A stretch of DNA of 64,000 bases. Source: Lingula anatina (taxonomy: Eukaryota > Animalia > Brachiopoda). The notes under the pieces were generated by a model. The model was given only the letters and a program-made list of their open reading frames with translations. It made no database searches and was not told the origin of the DNA. The stretch lies in NCBI GenBank assembly GCA_051362555.1, contig CM120649.1, forward strand, positions 7,440,001 through 7,504,000, written 5' to 3'. Below are positions 37,954-51,017 of this stretch, piece by piece. The position numbers and the translations under genes are program-made. Within the stretch, counting starts at the first letter, position 1. Every line of letters begins with the position of its first letter.

Positions 37954-40900
37954 CATTTTATTTAAAAGACATACAGGTGTATGTATGGACAGACACAGAT
38001 ATATTTGTGATTACATACTATGTATAAGAAACTTGGTCTTTCGTGCAACCTAATTACTAACCTCATTCTATAAGATACTTGATTCATGAAATGGGTTTGG
38101 TTGAAATAGGATTTTGAATGAATTCAAATGCTGATGTTTATGCAGTTACAATCAAGCATCTTTTTGGAATTACATGTATTTTAATATCGCTGGCAGTGAT
38201 CTTTGAAATAAAAATCTAATTACTTTTTTAATTAACTGATATTATAAACTTTGGCCAGCGACTTGTTCATTTTTGACATTCTTGTAATGTGAATCAGACA
38301 CGATATTTATATTGCCACTGACACATTCAATACAAAGAGCTTTGGTCATACACTAGGTCCTTTGGTATGATTTCAATAATAGGTATATAGCAGGCGTTTA
38401 CAATTATATTAATTAATTTTCATTGGTATTATTTATACAACGTGTTTAAAACAGATAAACAGTAAAGTTTAAATCGAGATCTTATCATCTCACCCAGACA
38501 CTCTTGAGTATGGTGAGAGCTCAGTTCTACTTTTTCACTCTACCGGCTACCAATCTGGTAATTTTATTGAGAATAATATGTTTTGTCTGTAAATCTCTAA
38601 AGCAAGTACGCAAAGTTGCATTGCAGATCTTATTCATCAGCTTAATTTAAAGCATATAGTAGAAGCAGAAACTCTTTTTACGTCTAGTATTTACTTACCA
38701 ACTATGAAATAAAGAGGCAGTGTATCAATCACTTCTCATTGAGACAGATCGCCTACAATTTTAAAATAAGCCAAAAAATAAACTTGACCTGACTGCCTTT
38801 TTATATTAGAGCTGAAAGTGATTATAACAGTTTTAAATTCTCTCTAAAAAGCCGTCTGTTTTAAAGTTTTCATTTTATGTCTTTGACCTTTTTAAATAGG
38901 GTTCTATCACTTTAGTATTGCAATTGTTAAGAATTTTGCATTACATACTTGTAGAGAGTTTTTGAAATATATAATTGTAGAACGCACTACATAAGGAATA
39001 ATTATTATTTTTTATCATTATTATTATTATATTGGATATGATTTCTACACGGTAACAGACACGGTAACAGACGTTTATATTTTATTTAAATTCCACACAT
39101 TGGTACGGTTTCTATGACTTTTTTCACGGTTAGATTTTTAAAAAATAATTCTTACGTGCAGCTCATTAAATTGTGGTCTCATTACATTTTATTATTAATT
39201 GTTATTAATTCTTTGGTTAGATCTACATGGCACGTTACGAACAGACATTTACATTTTCAATAATCCTTACACTTTGAATTATTATTATTATTTTTTATTT
39301 TATTTTATTTTATTTTATTTTATTTTATTTTATTTTATTTTTTTTGACATATTTAGAACAGGAGTGTTTACTTTTTGAGTCATACTTTTGGGAATGATTA
39401 TTCGATGCCTCATAATAGAAGTGCTTAGAATTTAACAATTCTTGCTACGAAATAAACAAGTCCTTTATTAGTTTGTTGAACACTAAGATGGGACCAGTTT
39501 GTGTACTTCACACAATAGTTTCTATATGACCATTTCCTGTTATCGTTGGAATACAGATAAGGCTTATCACTCCAAATGATTTTGAACTTTGTTGTTTTGC
39601 AAGTTAACAAGAAGGGACTGTTCCAAGCAAGATAAACCTATCGCGCATGCATTTGATATATAAGTCATGCAGAACCATACATGTACTCCAAAAATAATAT
39701 ATTTTACTTTTTTAAGAAATTAACATGTACACACGATTAATTAAATAATGACTTTGTTCATCACCTAGTTGTATTTTTACTCACTTTATATCATATCAAA
39801 TACCAACAGATATAATATTATCACAGTTTAAGTTTAATGTTACCCAGTTATACTATATCAAGAAAATGAAAAATGATTCTTGTACTGGACCTTACTTTGA
39901 AACGGAGATCACTACCTTACAATCTTTTCATAAGACATCATTCAACGCAATGGCCAAGAACTCAAAAGTAAATGAAATTTAACGACAGTTAAACTGGCCA
40001 AGAAAAAAAACAATAATTTTTTGACATTTAAGCGAGGCAGAAGTCTGTGATGTTTCATTTTATACCAATACACTTATTACTGCAGTAATAGCTCTACTAT
40101 TTGTTCTGCAATTTACAGGCCACATACAGGATAATAACAAAAATAAATTATTCCAAAAATGATCTTGCTAGTCACGGACTGTTTGCCAGTTACCTCGTAC
40201 CATACTTTTAGTCTGCAGAAATTTACAAACTGACACTTCTGATTTAGGTCAGTATTGCATCAGATTGAAATCAGAAATGAATACAAAATTCGAAAATCGT
40301 CATATTCAATGGGGATAGGACGCCCTTGTAGAATTCTAAATACTTGGTAATGGTTTCTTAGAAGTATCCAACGAAATACCCATCTGTTTCTAATACAATG
40401 GATATTTTGGAAACAATCTTGCAGATCTCAAATAACAGTTTCGAAATTACTATCACTATTAAGCACTCTCCAATAGACATCACAATCCAGATTCTCAACA
40501 ACCGGTGAAAGGCTACTGAACATTGTTAATGAACGTCTGTCGAGGAATATTTTAACTGTAAATTATAAAAAGTCTGAAAATTGGGTGCAGGGTATAAAGC
40601 CAGTCGCCTTCAAACAGAGACAATTAAATAGGCCACAAAACGCAACAACACAAAAGCAAACTTCTATCCAACAATAAAATGGCTCTCTTCCCTATATTTA
40701 ACAAAAATTGTGAAAGAACATTGTATTATGATACAGTTGCAAATTATGACAGTTTATCAGCCCTTGCTCAGTTACGTCTTACAACTCCACTGGGTGGCAC
40801 ACTTGGTCGAAAGCTGAAAAGTGTGACAATCTGTCATCAGTATTCGTAGGGGCACTTGAAGATGAATACAACTTTATACGTCAATACCCGACTTATAAAC

Positions 40901-43862
40901 AGTCCGGGAGGCCTTCTTTAGTGAAATCTCAGTCCTAAAAGCTGATTCACTCAGGTCACCAGAAAGCAAACTAAGAAAAGTATTTACCGTGCCAACAAAG
41001 ATAATCTAGTCTTTTACATGTTTCACGATTTGTGTTTATGATGAATCTGTAAACACAGCAAGAAGTTATATCTCCCGCTTAGATTGAATATTTTATTTGT
41101 AATTTAACTAGTAAATCTGTTCATTATGTTAAGATATATATTTGAGTCATACACTTGCAACCAAAATACCAATTACGGAATGCAATGCACCAATTGTATT
41201 GTTGTTATTATATTATATTGTACAAAGTCATTATAATCTATGTACCAAGACAGAAATGACTTGAATATAAAAGAACGTTTGACTACATTAAAACAAATAA
41301 AACAAGAGATAACAAAAGTCACTGGGGATGGTAATAGTTTCATATTAATTGCATATAACAGATCAATGTCTAAAAAATACACAGACCTGGCCAGAAGTAA
41401 AGGAGATGTACAATTTTGGTGTCACTCAGGATGGGACCAAGCGTTCTTGTGATGAGGCAGATATTAAAAAGTAATACAAGTGCCCCATTCAAGAAAGAAT
41501 ATATGAAAGTGTCAAATCAAAGCTTTAATGCACTTCATTATAATATCAACCCGACAAGATTGGACGAGGGAAATTTTGTATCATACTCTAAAAATTACTC
41601 ACATGCATTGTAATTTATCCCCTAAACTGGACCAAACAGTAGTACCAAAATTGTAGAAAGGGAACAAGATTTCTGTTACTTCATAGTTACCCAAACAGGA
41701 TTGATTTCTCCATGAGATATACACATTAAAGGTGCCACAACTGCGTTTTATAATCTTTATAAGTTTATAAGACTTTGTGAAACACCTCAATTAGTAGACG
41801 TAGTGTTGTATGTAGAATGGAATAATTAAGTTACCAATTTTTATTAGACGAATAGAATCACAAGAATCTTTTAAAAAGGAATTGAAAACTCGCATTTTTA
41901 AGACATTTTACTCATGAATTTTTAAATTTTACAATACAGAAACCTTGGATTTTTTACTTTTAATTACTGTTTATTACAATTTAGTCTAGCTCCGATTTAT
42001 ATAATATATATCTTAATCATTTTCATCTATAAACTTCTTTGTACTTCATGTTGTACAGTCTATTGAACATTTTATGGATTTTAGACTTATGTAGTATGCA
42101 TGTGAATTATATCGCAGGGCTACAGTCATTAAATCCGTCTTTGTGTAAACTTACTTTAAAATTATGAATAGCATGGTTTGGATTATATTACTATGTTACA
42201 GTCGTCTTATACACCATCGCGTTTCAATTGGTACTATACTATTTGGTACTACTATTTGGTCCGTTTCAGCTAATTAAGGATGGAATGGTGTTACTGTAAT
42301 GATCATTTAATATATATCACATTTATCAATTACAGTTGTAAGTCATAATTAAATAGGATGTATATACTTTCACGTTCAGCAATCATGCATTTTATCAATC
42401 ATTTTACCAATCTAAATGTAACGTCGAAATATATGAATAGCTTACTTACGTGACAAACTGCGTCTTTTTATCAAAAATGTTGTACGGAAGGTAACAGAAG
42501 TATTCACGTCTGCTTCAGTATTTCACATCATCAATTCAAACTGCATTTTAACTGTACCTTCCCAATCTCAAACCTACTGGGGTATGTACCACTCCATAGT
42601 TACTTAATAGCCACTGTGTAGATTGTATATACTGTGTATATTACGACAGCGCCACATTATCATAGCTATTCTCCATCAATATTGATATAGAGCAGAGCGT
42701 ATTGACTGTTGGGATTTACTGATGATATATCTGTCTAAGCGTGTAGCTAACTGGATCCTTACACCACGAGAAAATCACAATATAATAGAACCATATGCCA
42801 GGGGGATAACATCCATCTTAGCTAGCTAACTTTAACCATATATATACAGCATGCATAAACAGCAAGGGATCATCACAGTACTAGAATCACACCAAGGGAT
42901 AAAACCAACTCAAATAGAACCTACAAAGTCAGGAATAAACCCGTTAATTCTAACATATTTATAAATTTGCCTCTTTTCTGCTTTTCTAGTGTAATATTGC
43001 AACTATAATAAATGACACTATATGGCGACATCTATATATATATTCCTCCGTATATACATATATTTTTCTCAGTTTTAAACGTATTTATCCGACAAATATC
43101 AGAACTGCTACGTTATATGAATATTAATCATTTATCATGTAGTCTCAGATTTGCCCACATTTGATTTTTTGTTTTTGGGGGTGTATTATATCACAAAAGA
43201 AAATCATTGCTGAACTTAGAATAAAAAACATAGCATTAAATAGACAACAGAGAGCAGAGAAGAAAAAACCATTGCAAATTATTCACATTAAAAACATTTA
43301 ATAGAAAACAATAAATTTTGGGAACATTTTGGGAAATCCAGTTAGGCAGATTTTGGGAAGAAACGCCTTATCTTAATATCTTAATATTGAAACACACATT
43401 GTCACTCACCACGTGCATGAAAAAAAAACATAATTTCAACTTCCCAGGAAATAATAATAAAATCCTAATTTTCGAAAGGGGCATGCTCTATTGACATACA
43501 AAACTACTGAAAACATTTACGGATACAAACATGGAAAGACAATCAATGGGCAAAAGAGGCCAGTGTTATGTGAAATAAAATGCAACTATTATTTAGAATT
43601 AACTGATATCATATATTATTATATAAACTTGTTCAGTTTACTCTTTCAGAATATACTGCAAAACATCAGAAGCGCACTTTCAAAGCAGGTTGTTGAACGA
43701 CACGTTGCATTTTTCTAGCATCTTATACATTTTTTCATTCTTTTGATGTAAGTCAGACTCTGCATTTAAATCAAATTTGACAAATACATTACACTTCACT
43801 ACGCATTACACATTTACAGTACATTATTAATCCTTTATCTTTGGTGTAATTTTAGTTTATAA

Positions 43863-44977
43863 TACCCCCGTCACACTTATTCGGAATCAGCAGGAATGAA
43901 GAAGAATGAGCCTGAACGAAGAATTTTTAAAATTCGCACCACATTCGGGGAAAATTTTCAAATTGACCTTAATTATTGTAAGAGTACAGTTGGAAAACTC
44001 AGAATGCGCTTGAATGATGAGTGCACTTTCGACTTTATTAGCTCTCAAAAGCAGTTCGAATGTAGTTGGAAAACTAGGAATATTTATAATGCTGTAAGAA
44101 GGCAGAAAGAATATTTAGAATATACTTTGAACGGCGCACTAGTGTAGTTCGATTGCTGGCAACATTAATATTTCAGCTCATCCGAGGCACATTCGAAACG
44201 TTCTGGCGGGATATAAAATCCCCGTCACAATACAGGCGGAATGATTAAGAATGGCGTCTGAAATACAATTCTTTGTGTATTCCAGTATAATCGAAGAGCA
44301 TTCTAAAAACTTTCTAAAAATTCTGAGTGCATTCCAAATATTTTTACCCATTCTTGTGGCCGGCTCGAATGTTTTTGTCATGTCAAAAACTTTTGAAGTG
44401 CATTCCAAGAGGAAATTTATCGCAATATTCCTACAGTATTCCAACTACATTTGAGCTGCATTTGAGAGGTAATATACCTGGAATGTGCAAGAATCATTCC
44501 AGGTGGGTTCGATGTGCATTCTTAGTATTCCAGAGGCATTCTTACAAAGCCGTAATATTTTATGATGATTTGAAATTCCCTCCCGAATATGGTACGAATT
44601 TCTTAATTTAGTAATTCCGGCTTGATTCCTACTGATATCGAATAAGTTTGACAGGGGCTTTAAGTCACTTGTCAATTCGAATATTCCTCTATTGTGATCA
44701 GAATGTTTCGAATGCCGTCGGAATGCCGTAAGAATATTTAGAATGCAGTCATAGTGCAGTTAGAATACTGTTCCAATGCCATTCGATAAATTTCCACTTG
44801 GAATGCACTTCGAAAGTTTTTGACATGACAAAAACATTCGGGATGCCACAAGAATGGGTAAAAATATTAAGAATGTACTCGGAATTTTTAGAATGCTCTT
44901 CGAATATCCAGGCGCGCACAAAGAATTGTCTTTCCGACGGCATTCTTGCTCATTACGCCTCTACTGTGACGGGGGTA
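43863..44977. mobile_element. 1115-bp non-autonomous PIF/Harbinger-like element with internal palindromic arms
   Basis: Perfect TIR tacccccgtcaca / tgtgacgggggta, flanked by TAA and TTA; empty site gtttataacggga at ~35226-35238. Internal inverted repeat ~44218-44450 vs ~44760-44977. Confidence 0.85.
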
Positions 44978-46517
44978 TTACGGGATTGCTAAAATTTTAT
45001 TTATCCTTATCATTTGGTATGTTTTCTACGACACGTTTGTAACAGAGACGTTTTCATTTTATAAATTCTTATTCTTTGATATTTTTCTGTGACTCGTGAA
45101 AAACAGACACATTTAAACTTAATTAACTAATTCTTACTCCTTGGTATTTTCTACGGCTTGTCAAGAACAGGAATGGGTAAGAATTAAGTGATTATTTTTT
45201 TTCTATCAACAACAAGTGTTGTTTACAACCAATTTATAAGGCTGTTAAGCATTTTATTATTTCTTACTCTGTGGTTTCATTTGTACATCACAAGACCAGA
45301 AATTGTATGAATGTGACTAATTATTAATATAGAGATAATATAATAATAATAATAGAACGAAACCTGCATTAGTTTATTTGACACTAATATGGAACCAGCT
45401 TGTGCGTTATTCTCTCAGCAGTAGTTTTTATTTGACTAATCGAATTTATCACTGGAAGGAAGATAAGACGGTTAACGGCGCCACTTCGCTTCAAATGATG
45501 TCATGATTGAGAAAGATTTTGAACTTTGCTACTTGATTAGTAAACAAAAAGGAACTGTTCAAAGAAAGATAAATGGAACACCTGCATGTGTTTGTTTGTT
45601 GAAGGGTTTTAGTTATTTAGGGAAGATAATTGTGAAATAATATATTTTACTTACGTTATATATATAACGTTGTTTGTTACCTAGTTGTCTGGCCAACTTA
45701 TTTTGCAGGTGTCTATGTATGACTTTAATGTACACAATGAGAAATACTGTATTGGTAGTGTGTTTTTGTGAAAAATCAGTTATATAAGCCACATTGAATT
45801 GGTTGCACGTAGTTTGAGGAATCAGTTCTAATCATTTCGTATCAGCAGGGAATTTTGTTTTAAAAATAACCCATCTGTATCTGATTTTCAATGGTATCCA
45901 GTTTTTAAAAACTAGCAATAAGATAAGAGCCAAACATATACATTAATTTTTGTAAGTTCGGCTTTATAATTAACTGATACTATGAAGATATTTTTCTTGT
46001 GGCCTCTAGAAAGATCAAAGAGTCACTCTCGACTTCAAGAATATACGACGAAAAACGTTATTCTTGACGTTTAAATTAATTACCAGATTCGATCCACCAT
46101 CCATAGACCTTGGTTACTTGAATGGTTATTTGGCGCTAACGTGCCATACTTGGAGAACGGGAGATTAAACCAAAAGAACACTTTGTACTCATTTTATCAG
46201 ACATATTAAATCTGACAATCCCACATTCATCGCCCACCATTCTAAAACACCAACCTCATCACATATGCAACACATCCACCAATCACACGTTCTCAAAATG
46301 CTCCTCCCCTTACCAAAACCAATCATATTCTTCTCAAACTGATACTCCCCTTGCCAAAGCCAATTACAGAACGCGATATGAGATGCCGATATTAATATGC
46401 GACTGCACTATAAAAGAAAGAATAAATATAATCCAAATATACGGGCACTTTTAGCCGTTTCCAAAAGATACATCTTGTCTTAGCAGAAGTTCATACTGCA
46501 GAAAAGAGTTTAGCACA

Positions 46518-46739
46518 ATGGCCGACGCGAAAAAACCACAAATCATCCATTTAGGAACCTATGAACCTGGCAAGTTGCCGTCTAACTGGAAGGAGTACTT
46601 TCTTCAAAGTCATTGTGGGCAGTGCAGAGCAGAAAAATACGTTGTCGGGCCCGGCAAAGTAAGAGTTGAAGTCGTGTGTTATTGTAATGTAGGGAACGTG
46701 AAGAATACGCAAGCCAATCCGTCATCTCCTACATTCTAA
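46518..46739 (+). CDS. Microprotein family gene J (divergent type I, no Gly2), 73 aa
   Basis: acaATGG; TATAAAA 46409; GTYEPGKLPS, HCGQC-x17-CYC-x7-TQAN-x5-F. Confidence 0.85.
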   Translation: MADAKKPQIIHLGTYEPGKLPSNWKEYFLQSHCGQCRAEKYVVGPGKVRVEVVCYCNVGNVKNTQANPSSPTF

Positions 46740-46907
46740 AAAGAAGTGATTCCATTTATTGCAAATTATCCGGAATACAGATTTATAAACTCTATATTAA
46801 TTGATACTAATATTTTATGCTTTGAACAGTCAATTATGTACCCGAAGAGCTGGAAACATTGGTAGCATTTTGGCAACAGTCTTAATGATTTTGAAGAGAC
46901 TAGCGCA

Positions 46908-47140
46908 CTGGCCAAAAACTAACAAATAGAGTTGAACTTCTTCGACAAATAAGCTGGCCAAGAACTAACCAATAAAGGGTCTTCTATGACGAATAAACTG
47001 ATCAAGAACTCATAAATTAATTATCTTCAACGACAATTTAACTGGGTAATTTCTTAGGAGTAAATTACCTTCTACGAATAAACTGGCCAAGAACTAACAA
47101 ATAAATGATCTTCTACGACAATTAAACTGGATAGAATTCT
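46908..47140 (+). repeat. ~44-bp degenerate minisatellite, ~5 copies, 3' of gene J
   Basis: ctggccaagaactaacaaataaa...cttctacgacaa unit. Confidence 0.8.
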
Positions 47141-47932
47141 ATGAAGAATGAGATGACAGTGTTACGTTATTGGTGATGAATTAGTAACAGTAGTACCGGG
47201 AATGGGACAGTAACGCAAATTTACAACTATTCACATGAAATAATAAAAGACATATCAGTGGGTGGTTTAAACTTGCATTCACGTCACAACTATAGACAGC
47301 CAAAACTGATCTAATTCACCTGTACCTGAATCAGAATTGTAAACACGATAACCAATACAATTTCTATGTAAAAAGTGCACTAGTGTTTTAGCTACTTTGT
47401 TTTCAAGAGTACGTTTATCTCCGTTCGGTTGAATTTAAATACAAAATTAATTCCGACCCAAGGCTTCGGCAATTATCTTTTTTTTTTTCTAAAAGTTCCA
47501 AATGTGCGCTTTTAATTCATAAAAAATATATCAAAATCGCTACATGTAACTTAATGCCATATCGGCTCCGTGAGAAGTTCTTATTTTCTCCATTCATATC
47601 AACAGCACAAAGAGAACGTATGCAAGTTGAGCTAACAAACTGTCGTGAAATTGAGTCCACAGATGCGGTGATTATAGAATAATACATGTACCAGAAGGAC
47701 TATACAAAACCGCCGATGGATAATTTCTTTGTATAGGACTTCGAAAGTTGACATTTCATAACATCACGAAAGACTTACCTTTAGTGAATATGCTACAGAA
47801 CACCGTGCCCTGTGTGCTGCTAGCTAATATCGCCAAGGGGGCCGTTTCGTCACATCCGGTCCAATCAAACGGTATAAACCAGCGATCATGATAATCTGAT
47901 ATGCTTCAAAATGTTGGTCGTGTGTCAGAATC

Positions 47933-48143
47933 CAGGGGTGGATCCAGGATTATTTAAAGGGGGAGTCCTTTTTTTTTTTAAAGAACGGCTGACCTCATAT
48001 GCAAAGCTAATCCTTGGGGGTTCTGTGTTTTGGAGGCCAAACGGTGCCATTTGGTGCAGTTTAGAACTGTGATTCAGCTCTTCGAGAGGGGAATATTGGT
48101 GTGATCGTTTTCCAGAAACCGAAGGGGGCGGGCGGAACCCCCT
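47933..48143. mobile_element. Probable MITE of the CAGGGG(C/T)GGATCCAG type
   Basis: 5' end caggggtggatccagg resembles the 33866 element; degenerate 3' end ...aaccccctg. Confidence 0.4.
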
Positions 48144-49220
48144 GACACACGTTACAGGGCATTTACTGTAGTCTTGCTTCGTGTTACTTTAAAAGAAACT
48201 ATTTCTAGAACAAGCATGCATGCTGATCCCTTGCGCCCCCTCAACCCCCTTTCCGCCACCACACAGGCACACGTACAACACACGCGACGAAAATGTTTAT
48301 ATGTTACTCTCTCTTTTCTTATTTTCCTAGAAACACAAGCATTTTTGACAAAAGTTGACACAATATAGCGTTACCGCGCTGACGAATGTGTTAGAGAAGA
48401 CAAGCTCCAATTGATCTTGATGTGCCGAACTTCCACCGTATAACAAGATCACTTTGAAAAATGTGTTAGAGAAGACAGGTTTCATCAGATTGTGCTATCC
48501 CGAATTCTGCCGAGAACATGGACCAAAGCACTCGCGTTGACGCCACATTCTTCAGCTCAGATGTTGACTTGATGCATTAACTTGTCGCACGAATTTGGAA
48601 ATATTGATCCAAGGGCTCAGTGGCATGAATTGAATCTAACGTTCTATCTATACATATCTTTATACATTTACCTCCACACAACAGTCTTAAATATCGAATA
48701 ATGTTTGGCACAAATAACACCGCTCATTTTAAACCATTGCTTGTCAAAGCGCAACAACTCAATGAGATGTTCTTGTTTTATTGCGTCAAAAACAGCTCAA
48801 AGCCGCCGGTTTTCCGGCTTTCAACAAAAAAACTATGCCAATTGTGAAGTTTACACATAGTGTTTCGAAAATAGTCAAAATTTAAGTTACTACGTGCGCC
48901 TCAGCATTTTTGCTGCACATCAAGCCGCCCTTGCCGTATAGCTGCTAACACGATATTCTGTCATAAAGATATGTATCTGAGTTGTCCCGTATTGCAGGTG
49001 ATGTTAATCTTTATTAACCTGAACACAGCGTCTCCTGGCGCCTTGATGAGCGTCGTTAGTATATAGGGAAGGGTGGCTGGAGTTTATTGACGTATTAAGA
49101 AGACATAACACACGGCTTCAGTTGGTAAATAGATCTATATGTAGTTGTTATCATCGGTAAATTAGCGTAACGGAATGCATGCTCTTGATGACACGTAACA
49201 CGCACACAGATCACACATAT

Positions 49221-49221
49221 G

Positions 49222-49252
<31 letters not shown>

Positions 49253-49258
49253 ACACAC

Positions 49259-49306
<48 letters not shown>

Positions 49307-49328
49307 ACACACACACACACGCACACGC

Positions 49329-49361
<33 letters not shown>

Positions 49362-49476
49362 GCCTATGACGTTAACCACTGGCCCAACTGCCAATGCCTC
49401 AATTGTCAATATAATCTCAATTGTCAATTTAAGTTTTATTTATTTGTTTGTTTGTTTGTTTGTTTGTTTGTTTGTT
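49221..49476. repeat. (CA)n / (CACG) microsatellite (49221-49361) and (GTTT)n (~49446-49476)
   Basis: Seen directly. Confidence 0.95.
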
Positions 49477-50900
49477 TATTCAATTTGGACTTCAGTCAGT
49501 GAATTTTGGTTCGGGCCATGCAGTACCAGTAAGTCTCAGACCCTCATGCCTCAGATGGCATGGGAGTTAAAAACTATTTGGCACAGACTGTATACACGCA
49601 CTCACAGTGCACACACGCGCGCGCGCACACACACACAAACACGCACACATGCATTCAGACTACTGTTCATAAACACCCAGGCACAAACTGAAACACAGCA
49701 CACACAAGGACGAATGTACATCACGCGCGCATGAGTGTGCCTATTTTTCACATCGCACTCTGTAAAATATACTTAGGATTTTAGGATTTTTGATATCTTG
49801 TTTCCTTGTGATTTCATAAGTCGTGCAACTGGGAACAACACGCTGTATTGATATTTCACTTTTCTTTTTATTGACAATACTTCATCTTAGAACTGTCACC
49901 TGGAGTCTAATTCACTTTTAAACTTGTCATTAAATCTGGCCCAGATCTCATGAATTGGCTAAACACAGACATTACAATTGAGATATCAGAGAGCCCTTTG
50001 ATGTGTGATCGGAATCTGAACTCTACCAAATGCCTTGCTTCAATCAATTTACTTTGAAGAAGATCTCGCTGATGTGTCCATAAAACGCAGTGAAGACATC
50101 TCAAAGCAATCAAAGACAATTTATCATTAGACGTCATGATAGTATCGTAATTTCGTGAAGCCACGGTCTGATGCTCCCTGTCACGTGACGAGATCTCGTC
50201 ACTGACTGAGATGTCACGTTACTCATTCACATATATTTCTCACTTCCCCGCAAATGTCATGCGGCGGTCAGTAAATACTCCTTTTAACATTCAGTGGTCA
50301 CATGTGCATATCAATAGGCGCTAACAAGATTATTAAATTGCGATTTTACATTCCCATTGACTTGTGTGCTTGCATGTCGCCGTTTCCATGGACGTTTCAT
50401 TGACAACTGATTGGGGTTCCAGTAAAAAAAGAGCTGTATTTACTATTAATAAGTTAAACTAAACTGACACTTTCCAACACTCGTCTTGTCAAACATTGGC
50501 AAACTTGACTTCAAGTTCTGGCGTTTTGCTCGGTGTGCTATAATCACCTTAATCTAAACATATGTATATGTAAATGCTGCATATACTGGGTATTTTAATA
50601 TACATGTAAAAGTCAGCATTATCAATACGAGCCACGCTCACCCCCACCCCCCACCCTATATGTATACGCACCTTGTGTATACCGACATATGCAATACTTA
50701 TGATAACGATGAACTTATTAATTAGTTCTGTTCTTCGTCGTTAATAGAATTAATGTCAGTAAATAAACAATAAAAACAAAGTTTTGTCATCCTGACTAAT
50801 ACAGCTGTTCGTATGATGCACACGGCCCAGTCCCATAATGACATTAAATGACAAGTGCGTGCTATAATCTTAATGACATGATATAATAAGCATATATTTT

Positions 50901-51017
50901 AATTTAAATTATTGTTTTTCTTTTTATCAAGAGCTTATAAAATATGTAGGTTTTACCTCCAATATTTCTGTGACTTTTATAAGCTCTTGATAAAAAGAAA
51001 AAACAATAATTTAAATT
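50901..51017. repeat. 42-bp inverted repeat (one-base indel) with ~32-nt spacer
   Basis: 50901-50942 vs 50975-51017. Confidence 0.9.

Larger units (their letters stand above)
27000..45300 (+). repeat. Recent tandem segmental duplication, ~27000-35550 vs ~36880-45300 (period ~9-10 kb depending on insertions)
   Basis: Long near-identical stretches, e.g. about 4 differences in ~230 nt at 27994-28220 vs 37949-38175; copy-specific transposon insertions. Confidence 0.9.
21480..46400 (+). repeat. Repeated ~2.5-3-kb upstream module: copies ~21480-23860 (truncated, no gene), ~23950-27000 (gene H), ~33590-36890 (gene I), ~42350-46400 (gene J); older partial gene-less copies ~28230-29450 and ~38200-39900
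   Basis: Ordered shared blocks: gtaacgtcgaaa, tcaaactg(c/t)att, cagcg(c/g)caca, ccatcttagc, gcgccacttc(g/a)cttca, aaagataaa; boundaries approximate. Confidence 0.85.

Noticed and set aside
43896-45042. Cluster of ORFs with mutually similar peptides (FDMTKTF, VFVMSKTFEVHSK)
   Set aside because: Produced by the palindromic arms of the non-autonomous element; no DDE transposase motifs
5204-46739. Assigning the family to defensins, metallothioneins, LITAF, SWIM/WRKY fingers or arenavirus Z-like proteins
   Set aside because: No signal peptide and an odd number of conserved Cys (not defensin); too few Cys (not metallothionein or RING); ligand order H-C-CxC differs from LITAF (CxxC...HxCxxC) and SWIM (CxC...CxH). 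Left unassigned
49095-49734. Cys/Val- and His/Thr-rich ORFs (also YI, ER and SL repeat ORFs at 23585, 24490, 27749, 58042)
   Set aside because: Translations of dinucleotide microsatellites
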